A stretch of 64,000 nucleotides of DNA from Veleropilina oligotropha (Eukaryota): assembly GCA_048128005.1 (NCBI GenBank), contig JBEUKZ010000002.1:186001-250000 (forward strand), given 5' to 3'. A program made the position numbers and the translations under genes. Under the pieces are notes generated by a model. The model did no database searches. It saw nothing but the letters and a program-made list of their open reading frames with translations, and had not been told where the DNA came from. Positions 26,244-37,875 of this stretch are shown in pieces (position 1 is the first letter of the stretch; each line of letters begins with the position of its first letter).

Positions 26244-29034
26244 ATGGCAAGGTCGGTAATGGTCAGGCGGCGCCGTGCTGCCGCTGCAATTTTGCTACAT
26301 TGTTGTATTTCGGAACGTCAATCGAAAACTGCTCCCAGGAAGTGTTGGGTACGGAAATGGCTGCGGCGGCGGAGCAGACTTGGGGCGTACAACGCCGTAA
26401 TGAGCGAGTTGCTCATCGAAGACCGCCAAGTACTGAGAAAATTTCTCAGAATGACGGCGGCAGACATGGAGGTCATCCTGCGCCGCATTGGTCCGGATAT
26501 CACGAAGACAGATACCAATATGAGGGATGCCATACCCGCCAAGGAACGTCTCGCATTAACTCTACGTTTTCTTGCGTCAGGTAAGAACTCGGTTGAATTT
26601 CGATTATTTTTTCAGAACAGCAAAGCTAAAGCCAGGACGCACTGACCTATAATTCTGGCATGACAAGGCTACTCGCACAACGCGAGATGCGCGAAGCTTA
26701 TAGACTCCGAAAAGAAGACCGAAAAATATACTGGACACAGTGCGGGTTCGGACTTGAGTATGAGCTTTGCGTGATCGGGTCTAGATGTTTCAGTTTTGTA
26801 TGGGTATTTAAGGTGGAGTCGAGCTATAGGTGGGGCCCTGTACAGGTGGTTACGGGTGCCGGGAGAAAGAGAGCGGGGGCAGAATTAAGGAACCTGATCG
26901 CCTCTCCTGTCTACTGCAGAACCAAAACACCTTCGTTACATTTTAAAAATTGGGCAGAAGTTGAAAAACGAAGTCTTCAACTATTTTTGTTTCTTTATAG
27001 GAGACTCCTACAAAAGTATGGCGTATCTATTCCGCATTGCGCCGAATACCATATCAAAAATTATACCGGAAGTCTGTTCGGCAATCTACAAGCATCTCAA
27101 AGACGAAATTAAGGTTAGCATTATACACGAAAACACCAAACCAAAACATATTTCACTATACGGCAATACAGGTATTTATTGACGTTTATTGTACACAACG
27201 TATGAACAAAGCAATGTAATCGAACTGTGGCATGTTACGGCTAGTATTCAGGCGATCGAATAGTTCGTTTGTAGCGACGAAAAATGGCAAGAAAAAAACT
27301 AATAATCGAAATCTTCTCGATTTGTGGCAAACAAACAATATTATCGAAATTATGTCGATTTTCGATGTTGGCCACTACATTGACATAGTTACGAACAGCC
27401 CAAATTGTTCTCAGAACGTTGTCTCTCGCGACGTCTATCCAAGCTGACTGTTAAAGTCGCTATTTTCCCGATTAAGTGGTTCATAGCCGAGTTGCGTGTA
27501 CATAGCGGTAGAAACGGACGAGTTCATGGAGAACTCTGCCGACTGCGATGAAGCTGACATAGGATTCATCGAAGGTGATGTGGTATAGCCTCCCGAATTG
27601 TTGCTGCATCCTGATGACGGGGTAGATGATCGTTGGGGAGGTTGAGGTGTATTGTAGAGTGGCAAAAGTAGATTTGACGTCAGGGATGCGGGAGAGGAGG
27701 CTTCACTTCTGCTCCAAGTTTGCTCTTCTTGTTCCTGTCCTTTCATTATGGCGGTCTTGATTTCACGCTTGACTTTCCTTCGAATGTACTCATTCGTAAA
27801 CCCTCTCAATTCACCAGCAACGTACTGCGCAAAAATCTCGTATTGATCTTGTACTGGAATAGGTTCTTTCAACACTTTCATGGCAGCATCCAATAGATTA
27901 TCGTTATTTCTTGACTCTTCACGCTTCCTCTTTTTGCCTTTCTTCACTTCATTTGTAGTCGTATTTTCCACGATCTCGACTGCATTTTCTTCATTATCCG
28001 ACTGTAACTCTTCATGTCCTCCTTCTTGCTCCTCGTTGGCGTTGGTTACATCGCCTATCTGAAAAGGAAGTTATGAATTATGAATATGAATATTGAAATA
28101 ATTATGATCACTGCCAGAGATAGGGAGTCATTAAATTCGATTTAGGCATCCACTAAAGTGTTTGTGTACCTATGCATATGCCTTATTAGGAGATATTTAT
28201 GAGTGCACGGACGTTAACTACAGTTATTTTTCATTGCAGGCTCCAGGAACAACGGGTGAATGGATGATTGTTGCCGACAACTACGAACGACTGTGGAATT
28301 TTCCACACTGCATCGGAGCGCTGGATGGCAAACATTGTGTAATAAACGCTCCGGTCAACTGTGGCAGCTTTTTCTTCAACTACAAAGGGCACCACAGTAT
28401 CGTACTTTTGGCATTGGTTGATGCCATGTACAGATTCATATTCGTAGATATCGGATGTAATGGTCGGGTGTCTGATGGAGGAGTCTTCTTCGACACCCCG
28501 CTAGCACGTGGCCTCCGAAACTCCACCTTGAAACTTCCGGAACCCTCACGCCTTGCAGGTCGCCAGGAACGGTCCCCCTATGTTATCATTGCGGATGATG
28601 CATTCCCTCTACAAGTCATTATAATGAAGCCATTCCCGTTCAAAAGCAAGGAAATCGTACATCGCGTCTTCAATTATCGGCTGAGCAGAGCCCGCTGCAT
28701 GGTGGAGAGCGCCTTCGGAATTCTGGCTACACGTTTCCGAATTTTATTGCGCCCCATGTGCTTGAGTCCGGCCAAGGCACAAACTGTTGTGGAGGCCCTG
28801 GTTGTCTTGCACAACTACTTGATTTCGCGCAAAGAATGCAGACGAGTGTATACTCCTTTGGGAACGATCGACAGTGAGGACCCTCAGACCGGTCAAGTTG
28901 TGAGCGGTACGTTATACGATTTGCAACCAGCCGGAAACCGTACGGGTGCATCAGCCCGGAATGCGCAAAGAGAATTCGCGGAATATTTCACGACCCCGAA
29001 AGGGCAGGTTCCATGGCAGTATAACTACGTATGA
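26244..29034 (+). CDS. Harbinger DDE transposase (HARBI1-like), 3 exons: 26244-26580, 27001-27113, 28240-29034; 414 aa
   Basis: GT-AG introns with compatible phases. RLALTLRFLASG|DSYKSMAYLFRI; catalytic motifs GALDGKH, ADDAFPL and FNYRLSRAR..VESAFGIL; no stops. Confidence 0.92.
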
Positions 29035-29508
29035 ACTCACCTCACTTGATGTTCCTTTACGCCGCTTAGTTCCCCGTTGAAGGAAGGATAATGCTTTGAA
29101 ATACGCCCATTTCGAAGTACCAATCGAATCACCAGTCGCCGAACATGATTTTTTCTCATTAACTGCTTTCAATTCCGCAGAATATTGCGTTCGCAGTGAA
29201 CGGAACTTTTTGTCTACCTGAAAAATAAATGATGCACACCATGATATTCGAAGGACCCAATGTGACAGCGATCATAAACGAAAGTATATTTGCATATTTC
29301 GTGGTATGACAAATAAGGGATTAAATAAATCATGTATACAACTTTCACTCACCTCGTTAACTTCTCGTTCCAAGGCATTGGCCACTACCTTCCCGGCATT
29401 GGCCTTTTTCACCCGGTCGCGGTAGTCCTCGAGGAAAACATTCCAAATGATGGGTCTCGCCTCGACTTCCCCAATAAGTTTTTGAATTTCTGCCGGTGAC
29501 CACGACAT
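27435..29508 (-). CDS. Harbinger DNA-binding protein (MADF/Myb-SANT N-terminus, BESS-like motif), 3 exons: 29508-29353, 29217-29041, 28058-27435; 318 aa
   Basis: MSWSPAEIQKLIGEVEARPIIWN...|VDKKFRSLRTQYSAE...KWAYFKALSFL...|...DQYEIFAQYVAGELR; both introns are phase 0 with GTGAGT donors and CAG acceptors. Confidence 0.88.
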
Positions 29509-30294
29509 ATCTACTTCTCACTCTTCCAATGACACCGACCGGCAATATTGCTGGATTTAGGACACGGTTCTATTTTCAGCAATATTGCGCAACATCTTGT
29601 TGACCCCTTTCACACGGCAGCACACGGGACCATAACAAACATTGGTCAATGTTGCACAACATTCTTTGTATATATTGGGCAACATTCTTGATATCTCATT
29701 CACACAGAGCAAGTTGTCTTGACAAGAATAACTTGCCAAGATTTCTTGATCGTGGGATCCCCGCCTAACATACATAGAATGAGACATTGCACCTATATGA
29801 ATGGAAGTTACATACATAGAACAAGACATTGCAACTATATGAATGGAACTTGAATAGAACATTGTTTCTCATCAATATAGAGTGTACTGTCAATACAATA
29901 TTACTATATGTGTTAACATATTGCTAAAAAAATATTTTACACGAAATATAAATTTTTAGAATGTCCCCAACATCATTCAAAAATAAAAGGAAGGATAGTT
30001 TTGTTTTATTATGATGAAATATACTCTATATAATTATTCCTGTCTTATTATGAGTAGTGGGTGTGGTTTATTCAAAGTGTACAGTAATAAAACAGATGTA
30101 TACTCTTTACTACCAATAATTGACTAAATCAGAATCGATATTGTCTGTCCCTGATTTCGGGTCATCTACGTCACGGTTTGAAAGTAAGTGTAAATTGTAT
30201 TGTTCAAACGGCCATCCATACGTCACATGACCAGATTCAAGCAAGTACAGCGCCATTTTGAATGATGCCCGGCCACGTGCAAGTGGAACGTACT

Positions 30295-30949
30295 TAGCCC
30301 GATAAATCTGCCCCTAATTACAAGCTCGAAATCCTGACGGTCGCGTGTATAGGGTCAGATGTCGCCGCTATTAAAAAAGCGTGGTTCTGTAACCCAAATC
30401 TAGCGACAGCGATATCGACACCTTTAAGTCTAAAGTGCCATACGGCGAATCTTTCGATACCCACATATCAATAAACCATTTCACACTCACCTGACTTTAT
30501 TGTTGATCAATCCAAGTGACATAAGTCACATTATAAGCTTATATTGTTACTGGAAGCGAGTTAATTAGAATCCATTAATAAAACGAAAACATTCGCATCA
30601 ACCAATCAAAGCGGGTTAACCAACCGGAAACCCGCTTTGATTGGTTGATGCGAATGTTTTCGCTTTGTTAATGGATTAGAATTAACACGCTTCGAGTAAC
30701 AATTGAATATAAGCTTATAATGTGACTTATATCACTAGGATTGATCAACAATAAAGTCAGGTGAGTGTGAAATGGTTTATTGATATGTGCTATCGAAAGA
30801 TTCGCCATATGGCACGTTTAAGGTGTCGATATCGCTGTCGCTAGATTTCGGTTACAGACCCACGCTTTTTTAATAGCGGCGACATCTGACCCTATACACG
30901 CGACCGTCAGGATTTCGAGCTTGTAATTAGGGGCAGATTTATCGGGTTA
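30295..30949. mobile_element. 655-bp near-perfect palindromic (foldback) element with 9-bp TSD GAACGTACT
   Basis: Arms of ~320 bp around a ~10-nt loop at ~30620; TSD at 30286-30294 and 30950-30958; termini TAGCCCGAT...ATCGGGTTA. Confidence 0.9.
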
Positions 30950-31499
30950 GAACGTACTCTGCAATATTTCAAGGTAAAGTTGGCTGTTAATAGCGTACTT
31001 TAATAAATTGTCATCTACAAACGATGTAATACACCCTGGTTATTCATGTTAGGGCATAAAAATCACCTGCTATACATAAAGCATGAAATTCTGGTCAGTT
31101 GAACAGGTCCTTGCGTCCACAAATCACACGGCAAACAAGCCATTGAAAATAATCAATAATGTCGTCATCTCCGTCAAAAAAGGTCGAGTTGGTCGCGGCC
31201 TAATATTGAATTTAATCTCTAAGTATATGCCCTTCCGTACCTTCCCTATAGTGTATAAATATCTAACAAATACATGACGTTTAAATTCAAATTATTTGCA
31301 ACGAAAATTGTGGATTTACTGAAGAATGACCCATGTGCACTCGAAAGCTCACTGCTTGTAGTACTCTATATATAGTTCAGCATAATGTGTGACCCAGATT
31401 TGGTGCTTGCAATGAACGCTGTGGGGATTAGCACAACAAAAGTTATATTTCTTGGAATATCTGGTAGGAAACGAAGTGTTCATAAATAGCGTGTTTTTA

Positions 31500-31511
31500 C
31501 TGCTGCTACCA
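31500..31511 (-). other. Primer binding site (TGGTAGCAGCAG) abutting the LTR
   Basis: Begins TGG immediately after the LTR's ...ACA on the minus strand and is complementary to a tRNA 3' CCA end (iMet- or Leu-type, not resolved). Confidence 0.7.
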
Positions 31512-31709
31512 TGTAATGTTATGGGGTGTGTAGTTATAGGAAAATACACGAGCCAATGTAACAATGTATGTGGTTTACTTCAGAGTATCATATAACGTTA
31601 CTGACCATGCCGGCGTCCATGTTACAAGGGATGAGGGATAAAAAGTAGTGCCGTTAATGCGCGGTGAATAGTCCTTTATAGTACTTTATAGGCACTATAT
31701 GATATTACA
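31512..31709 (-). repeat. Complete Gypsy 5' LTR (198 bp)
   Basis: TGTAAT...ATTACA termini; matches 8047-8178; adjacent PBS. Confidence 0.8.
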
Positions 31710-31965
31710 TTTTATAATATTAAAATGACCATTTGTTTATAATAGCCTATTTTGCTTCTCCGTATGTCTAACTTGATATTCACCAAAGTTTCGCTTCATT
31801 CAACAAAATATCATGCTCTAAATCCGCGGCGACAGCAGTTGCACCCTCTTATTGATAATGAGTGAATGTAGGCGAAATTTGACTTTACTGCACATTTCTG
31901 TCAAATATTTGAGATGGAGAGATTGCGGGACTATCCGATTTGTCCCAGCTGGCATGGCTGATAAG

Positions 31966-32350
31966 TTAAAGAGACTGTTAATATGCTCTTTCTTTTTTTT
32001 AAAGAAAACTAACCGCATTACACTTTTTGTTTATAACATAAAAAGTTAGGAATTTTCAACACTCAACTTTCGTCAGTAATTTGCTACCGTTTAAATTAAT
32101 CGTTACTGAATATTTAAAAATAATACAACGCGGTCCGCATTTAATTACCGCGCACCGATTACACTTCCAATTAATTGACATAGTTGGAGCACAGTTGCGT
32201 AGGTTTCTGCTCGTCAAGTAAGATAGCTTTCTACATGACAATAGCATATATTGCCAAGTTTCAATAATAATTTCAATAAAAGTTGAAATCATATATTTGA
32301 TCATATCGTCGCGAAATTTGTATCAATCTGCGCGAACCGTGCGATAGAGG
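31966..32350 (+). repeat. Dispersed repeat starting TTAAAGAGACT (Kolobok-like end); second copy at 38260-38625
   Basis: Direct homology across ~370 bp. Confidence 0.65.
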
Positions 32351-32759
32351 GTGTCAGTCATGCTACACAGTCACGAAAACAGCGCATTTACGGGGAACAG
32401 TCGCTTTAATGATAACCCAGAATATACACGTTCTCGGGTCATTTACGTCACAGATAGAGGTCACTGGTCGGAGCGATTCTTTTCAATAACAACCCACTGT
32501 GCAATAATTTACTACACGTCACATCTGTCGTCATTAAATATTTTTCAGGAGATTTCGACGCTGCCAGTCATGTATGAATTTATCAAAATAATGGCGCATA
32601 AATGAGGACATAAATATGAAGAAAATAAATATCCGATGGTATAATTCAGCCAGAACCTATATATATATATAACATGTTCACAAATCCTTCAATAGCAAAA
32701 AAGCCATCCGTACACCTAATTGTTCTTCTCCTTAACGTCCATTCACTCGTAAACTAAAA

Positions 32760-34988
32760 TAATAATCACTGTATGTGTGTCTGTCTGTCTGTACGAATTC
32801 CATCATATCTCAAAATATATTCACCTGATTTTCTTCAAAATTCAACATAACATAGGTTTAACCCTTTTCAATGTTCTCCTCGAATATGATCCGTATATAT
32901 GTACGCGGATACGGAAGCTATGACACACTTCCATACAAAGTTCAATTTTAACCTCAAAATGTTATTGACATCATAGGACAAATATATGATGAATTATCTA
33001 GCATCTACATTACACAAGATGGCTGCCAACGGGGGGGGGGGGGGGGGGACAAAAATGATTTTGTCCACATTATTAAAGCATATTTGTCCAGTATTCATCC
33101 GATTGGCTTGAAATTGGTACACAAGATATATTGTATCCATGGCTAGGTCCTAAAACGCTACGTCGGACCAACTTCAAATTAGGCTAAAAATGTTCTTAAC
33201 GTGATATGACAACGATATGATGAATTATCTAGCATCTACATTAAACAAGATGGCTGTCAGAGGGGTAGGGACAAAATTGATTTTGCCCACATTATTTAAC
33301 AATGCATGTCCATCAGCGTACCTCACGAACCTTTTATCAGATTTACTCCAAATTACAGTACAAGATATGTTTAACCCTTGGTTCGGTCCTCCGTGTAGTT
33401 GACCCGGATAGGAATCCGGATCCGGATGTTATGGCGCAATTTCCGATTTTAAATACTTCGTTAAAATACTTCGCAATACAGTGTTCAAATTAAACTCAAA
33501 ATGTTCTTGACATCATAAGGCAACGATATAATGAATTATCTAGCATCTACATTAAACAATAATTTGGCTGCCAAACGCGGACTAATATGATTTTGCTCAC
33601 ATTATTCAACCATGCATGGCCATTAGCATAACTCACGAACTTAAAACTATCGTGGGCATTTCTGACTTTCCCCATCGTCATCATTGGCCCGGGGCGAGGG
33701 TTTGCAATCTCCTCTGATTGCCCTAATTGTTTTCAATTCCGTCTTGCTTTCCTAACATTTCATTAAGGTTACGGATTATGTGGCATAATTCAGTAAACAT
33801 GAAGTAAAATCATGTAAATTATTGTCACAAATATATGTTCTCATCAGAAATATATGTCAGCACAATCAAACATTGATTTATTAATTATTACCATCGCATA
33901 CGCGAGGGTATTGTAATGGGCTCCGTATGTCTGCGTGTGTATATGTCTGTCTGTCTGTCCGAATGCCATCATATCTCAAAAACTATTGACCCGAATTTCC
34001 CCAATAGGTTTCATCCTTGACAATGTTCTCACCGAAGATGATCAGGATAGGTATGCGGATACGTATGTTATGCCGCTCTTCCGGGATTTTTATTTGGGGC
34101 TGCACAGTTAGAACGCTTTGCCGCATAACATTCAAATTAAGCTCTAAATGTTCTTGACATCATAGGACAACGATATGATGAATTATCAAGCGTCTACATT
34201 GAAACAGATGGCTGCCAGAGAAGGGACAAAATTGATTTTGCCCACATTATTAAACCATGCATGTCCATTAGCATCTATATATAATGATGTTATCAGTATT
34301 GTGTGGATTCTGGCACATCGGAAACCTCGAGTGACGTCGTAGTTTTTGCGGCGGATTAATCGCAAGAACGAAGTTCGAGCGATTTATCCGCCGCAAAAAC
34401 TACGACGTCACGAGAGGTTTCCGATGTGCCAGAATCCACACAATAACTGATAACATTTTTATTATATGCCACAACAAGTGACTAAGCTGTTGGGGGGAAG
34501 CCTTACCTCGGAAATACGATAGCGAAGAGCGCGCTTCATGGAATTATAAATAGTGAAATGCTACGTGCCCGCAAGATAAGTATTAGTAATTATTATCCTT
34601 ATTAAAACATTCTGGAGGCTGCTGATATTTATTCGAGTTTCATACAGGCAGAGTCTTCTATTATACAATTAGGAAGAGGAACGAGTGGGGGGGGGGGGGG
34701 GAGAGTAAGGCAGATAGGGTGACTGCTTAAGCTATTGGGGAAGCCTTTTTTACCCGGGCAGAGCCGGATATGCAAGCTAGTAACTCATAAAATACAAGAT
34801 AGGTTTAACCCCTGGCCCCGTCCTCTTCGAAGAAGACTCTGATAGGAATCCGCATCCAGATGTTATGATGCATTTTTTAAGATTGTAATTCATTTTCAGA
34901 AATATTGATCGTAAACATTTCTGACTTTCACCATCATATTCCTTTGCTCTTGGGCGAGGGTTTGCAATCTCCTCTGAATGTCCTTGTT
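32760..34988 (+). mobile_element. Two tandem HINE-like elements (32760-33732, 33885-34988)
   Basis: (gtct)n microsatellite heads, shared internal modules, and both end gggcgagggtttgcaatctcctctga. Confidence 0.7.
34274..34780 (+). mobile_element. Non-autonomous Helitron containing a ~190-bp palindrome
   Basis: 5'-TC start, subterminal hairpin cccgggcagagccgg and CTAG-3' end, inserted between A and T with no TSD. The empty site cattagca|taactca is seen in the sister copy at ~33621-33635. Confidence 0.85.
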
Positions 34989-36963
34989 AATAATGTGATG
35001 TTGCCTTAGTCGTAGTAAAATTACATGTTTGCAGTTTCACAGTTTCAACCCAATAAGAAATGTTCGTTACATTTCGTACGTATGTAGGAATTTATTCAGA
35101 GTAATAATTTTCAAATAAAAATATAGCACCAAATGTTTCTAAACATTACAATGAAACAGTCATAAGTTGAATAACATAAGAGAAAGTTAATCAAATCGTC
35201 ACCCAGAAAATGTTAAAGCAAACGAAAAACATGGTTTTAATAGAAAACATCATTCTTTTAAATCATGTGTACTGTTGGTAAATATGAACAATGAGTTTTT
35301 ATTCTTTGGAAGATTGAACGTCATTCCAAAAAATATTGTATAGGTACATAAACAATTTGACTGTGAAAATTATTCAATATTTCCAATGATTGACTGTTTA
35401 TCATCCACTCACACAGTATTTCCTGTGATGGGTAGTAATGTAACGCTCATTTCATTTCACAACGATCCATGAATGTTGCGGGAAACTCTACCACAATGCA
35501 CTTCAATTAGTCAATGGAGGACATGTGACTCACAGGGAATCGCGGTAAAAATAAACCTGTCGTCTGGTCTGTTTACAATTTGTTGACGGCGAACGATAAG
35601 CTTTACATACAGCACGAAGTACGGGAAAATAAACCTTATCGGGGTGTATAAAGGTAAGAAACAGTTAACATGTTCTGGATTATGCATGTTTTAATGTGAC
35701 GATTGTCTTAATTAAGTCTTTTTATATTAAATCGCTTTATTATGAAATATAAAGCTGAAACTCTGAATCCATCGCAAATCCAACGAAATCTTGGTGGACT
35801 ATTCAACGTTTTCTTGTTGGAAATCGTATCCAATGAAATCTTGTTGGATGGTCCAACGTTTTCTTGTGGGACAAATCCAACGAAATCTTGTTGGACGTCA
35901 ACTCCAACGAAATCTTGTTGGATAATCGAACGTTTTATTGTGGGACGTCAAAAACTATAAAAGGCCGTGAATTCGGTCATTCGGGGACCTGTTCTTGTGA
36001 CGTTCACTTCGTGACTTTCGCTCCGTACTCTACCAAGTACCATCTGGTTAGTACTAAAGCCATGGGAATAAAGATAGCTGCTTATTATTAATGGGATGGT
36101 TATTCCCTAATGATAATAATTACTACACTGAAGAAGGGAACTATATGGGATACTAAAGCACGTCCATATTTGTCAATAATGGACTATTGAACTATGAAAT
36201 TATCTGACGTTATAATTTCGTTTGCATTCAATCCACATCATATAGCTACTTATTCATATAGAGGGCGCGACCGAGGAGGAAAATGGCGTTATATTAAGAA
36301 ATGACGTTTGACGGATAAACATTGACAAATGATGCGTTTTATCATACATTATGACAACAAAATCACTAAAAACTAACAAGTATGTATATATTCATGTATA
36401 TTTATACAATTTAATTATTTACTGTTTGTTTCACTGTATTTTTAGTAAGTAATTGATCCAAAACCGTTCCCGACGGATTTCGTCGGGAACTTGCTCGTCA
36501 ACAGGTGCTTGGGATATATGAGCTAGAGTATGAAAGGCACGTCAACCCGGTCTCATATTTATAGGAGTAATTACATTGGACCTTTTTTATATAAATACAG
36601 CTACATTTGCTAATTTTGAATGTAAAATCACAACACCTTGGCGTAACTTGAGCACCGCACACATTGGTCTCGATTTAGGACGGACAGCATTGAAGGTCAC
36701 CGGTTACCGGGATGACCATTGCCCTCATAAAAATGGAAATTGTCATTTTGGAACATTCTGTCACACTGTCATTTCGGTGTAGTTTCTCACCTACCCAACA
36801 TGGCCAACAACCTGTTCGATCCCTGCCTGTTAGCCCCCTTGTATACTATATTATATATTCGCCCCCAATAAATATAATAATTAATTGGTATGTAAATATG
36901 ATTGTAGAACACAATTTAAAGTTATAATATTTATTTTGAAATTAATGGATCTACACTATTCAT

Positions 36964-37875
36964 ATTTATGTCTCCCCTACCCTGTGGGGAGACATATTGT
37001 TTTTGTGCCGTCCGTCCGTCCGTTCGTCCGTCCGTGCGTCCATCCGTCTGTCGGTCACGCTTTGGTTTCTGGACGATAACTACCGTTCCCTTTCTGCGAA
37101 TTTGTTCATATTTGGTACACAGGTTGCTTATGAGGAGAGGTCGCTTGGGATTGCTTTTCAGATCGGTGCGGCAAAGGTCATGTTATCTGTAACTAAAAAT
37201 AGAATTTTGGCTCCGATTTGGTTTCCGGACGATAACTACCGTTCCCTTTCAGCGATTTTGTTCATATTTGGTACACAGGTTGCTTATGAGGAGAGGTCGC
37301 TTGGGGTTCCTTTTCAGGTCGGTGCGCCAAACGTCACATGACCTGTGGCTAAAAATAGAATTTCCAAAATTTTCGTTTGCGATTTGCTTTCGGACGATAA
37401 CTAATGTTCATATTTAGCGAACATGTTCATATTTACCAGGCAGGTTGCCTATCAGGATAAGATCCTTGGGATTGCATTTGAGGTCAATCGCTCAAAGGTC
37501 ACATGACCTGTTGCTAAAAATAGAATTTTGATTGCGATTTGCTTTCCTGTTCATAACTACCGTTCATATTTAGCAATGTTGGTCATATTTAGCAGGCAGG
37601 TTGTCTATGAGGAAAGGATGCTTGAGATTGCGCTTGAGGTCAATCGGTCAAAGGTCACATGAACTGTTGCTAAAAATACAATTTTTCAGAAATTTGATTG
37701 TGATTTGTTATCCAGACAGTTACTACCGATTCTTATTTAGCAGGCAGGTTGCTTATGAAGAAAGGATGCTTTAGACTGGCATTTGATGTCAACGGTCACA
37801 TGACCTGTTGCTAAAAATAGAATTTTGAGAATGGGAGACATTCATGTTATTGTGGACAATAACAACATCTAGTTT
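36964..37875 (+). mobile_element. HINE-like element with (gtcc)n microsatellite and ~155-bp tandem modules
   Basis: Hairpin atgtctcccctaccctgtggggagacat, then (gtcc)n and five modules; end gggagacat...ctagtttt. Confidence 0.8.

Larger units (their letters stand above)
25828..29765. mobile_element. Autonomous-looking PIF/Harbinger DNA transposon (3938 bp)
   Basis: Perfect 36-bp TIR GGCGGGGATCCCACGATCAAGAAATCTTGGCAAGTT; flanked by TTA (25825-25827) and TAA (29766-29768); encodes a DDE transposase and a MADF protein. Confidence 0.95.
24836..29852 (-). repeat. Right arm of the ~1 kb inverted repeat, interrupted by a MITE and the Harbinger element
   Basis: 24836-25179, 25618-25827 and 29766-29852 together mirror 15130-16095. 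Confidence 0.8.

Noticed and set aside
26660..27112. 150-aa ORF inside the Harbinger
   Set aside because: Mostly intron 1 and out of frame with exon 2; no recognisable motif.
28162..29034. Domesticated host HARBI1 gene
   Set aside because: It lies within perfect TIRs with TWA flanks and a MADF partner, so it is a transposon gene.
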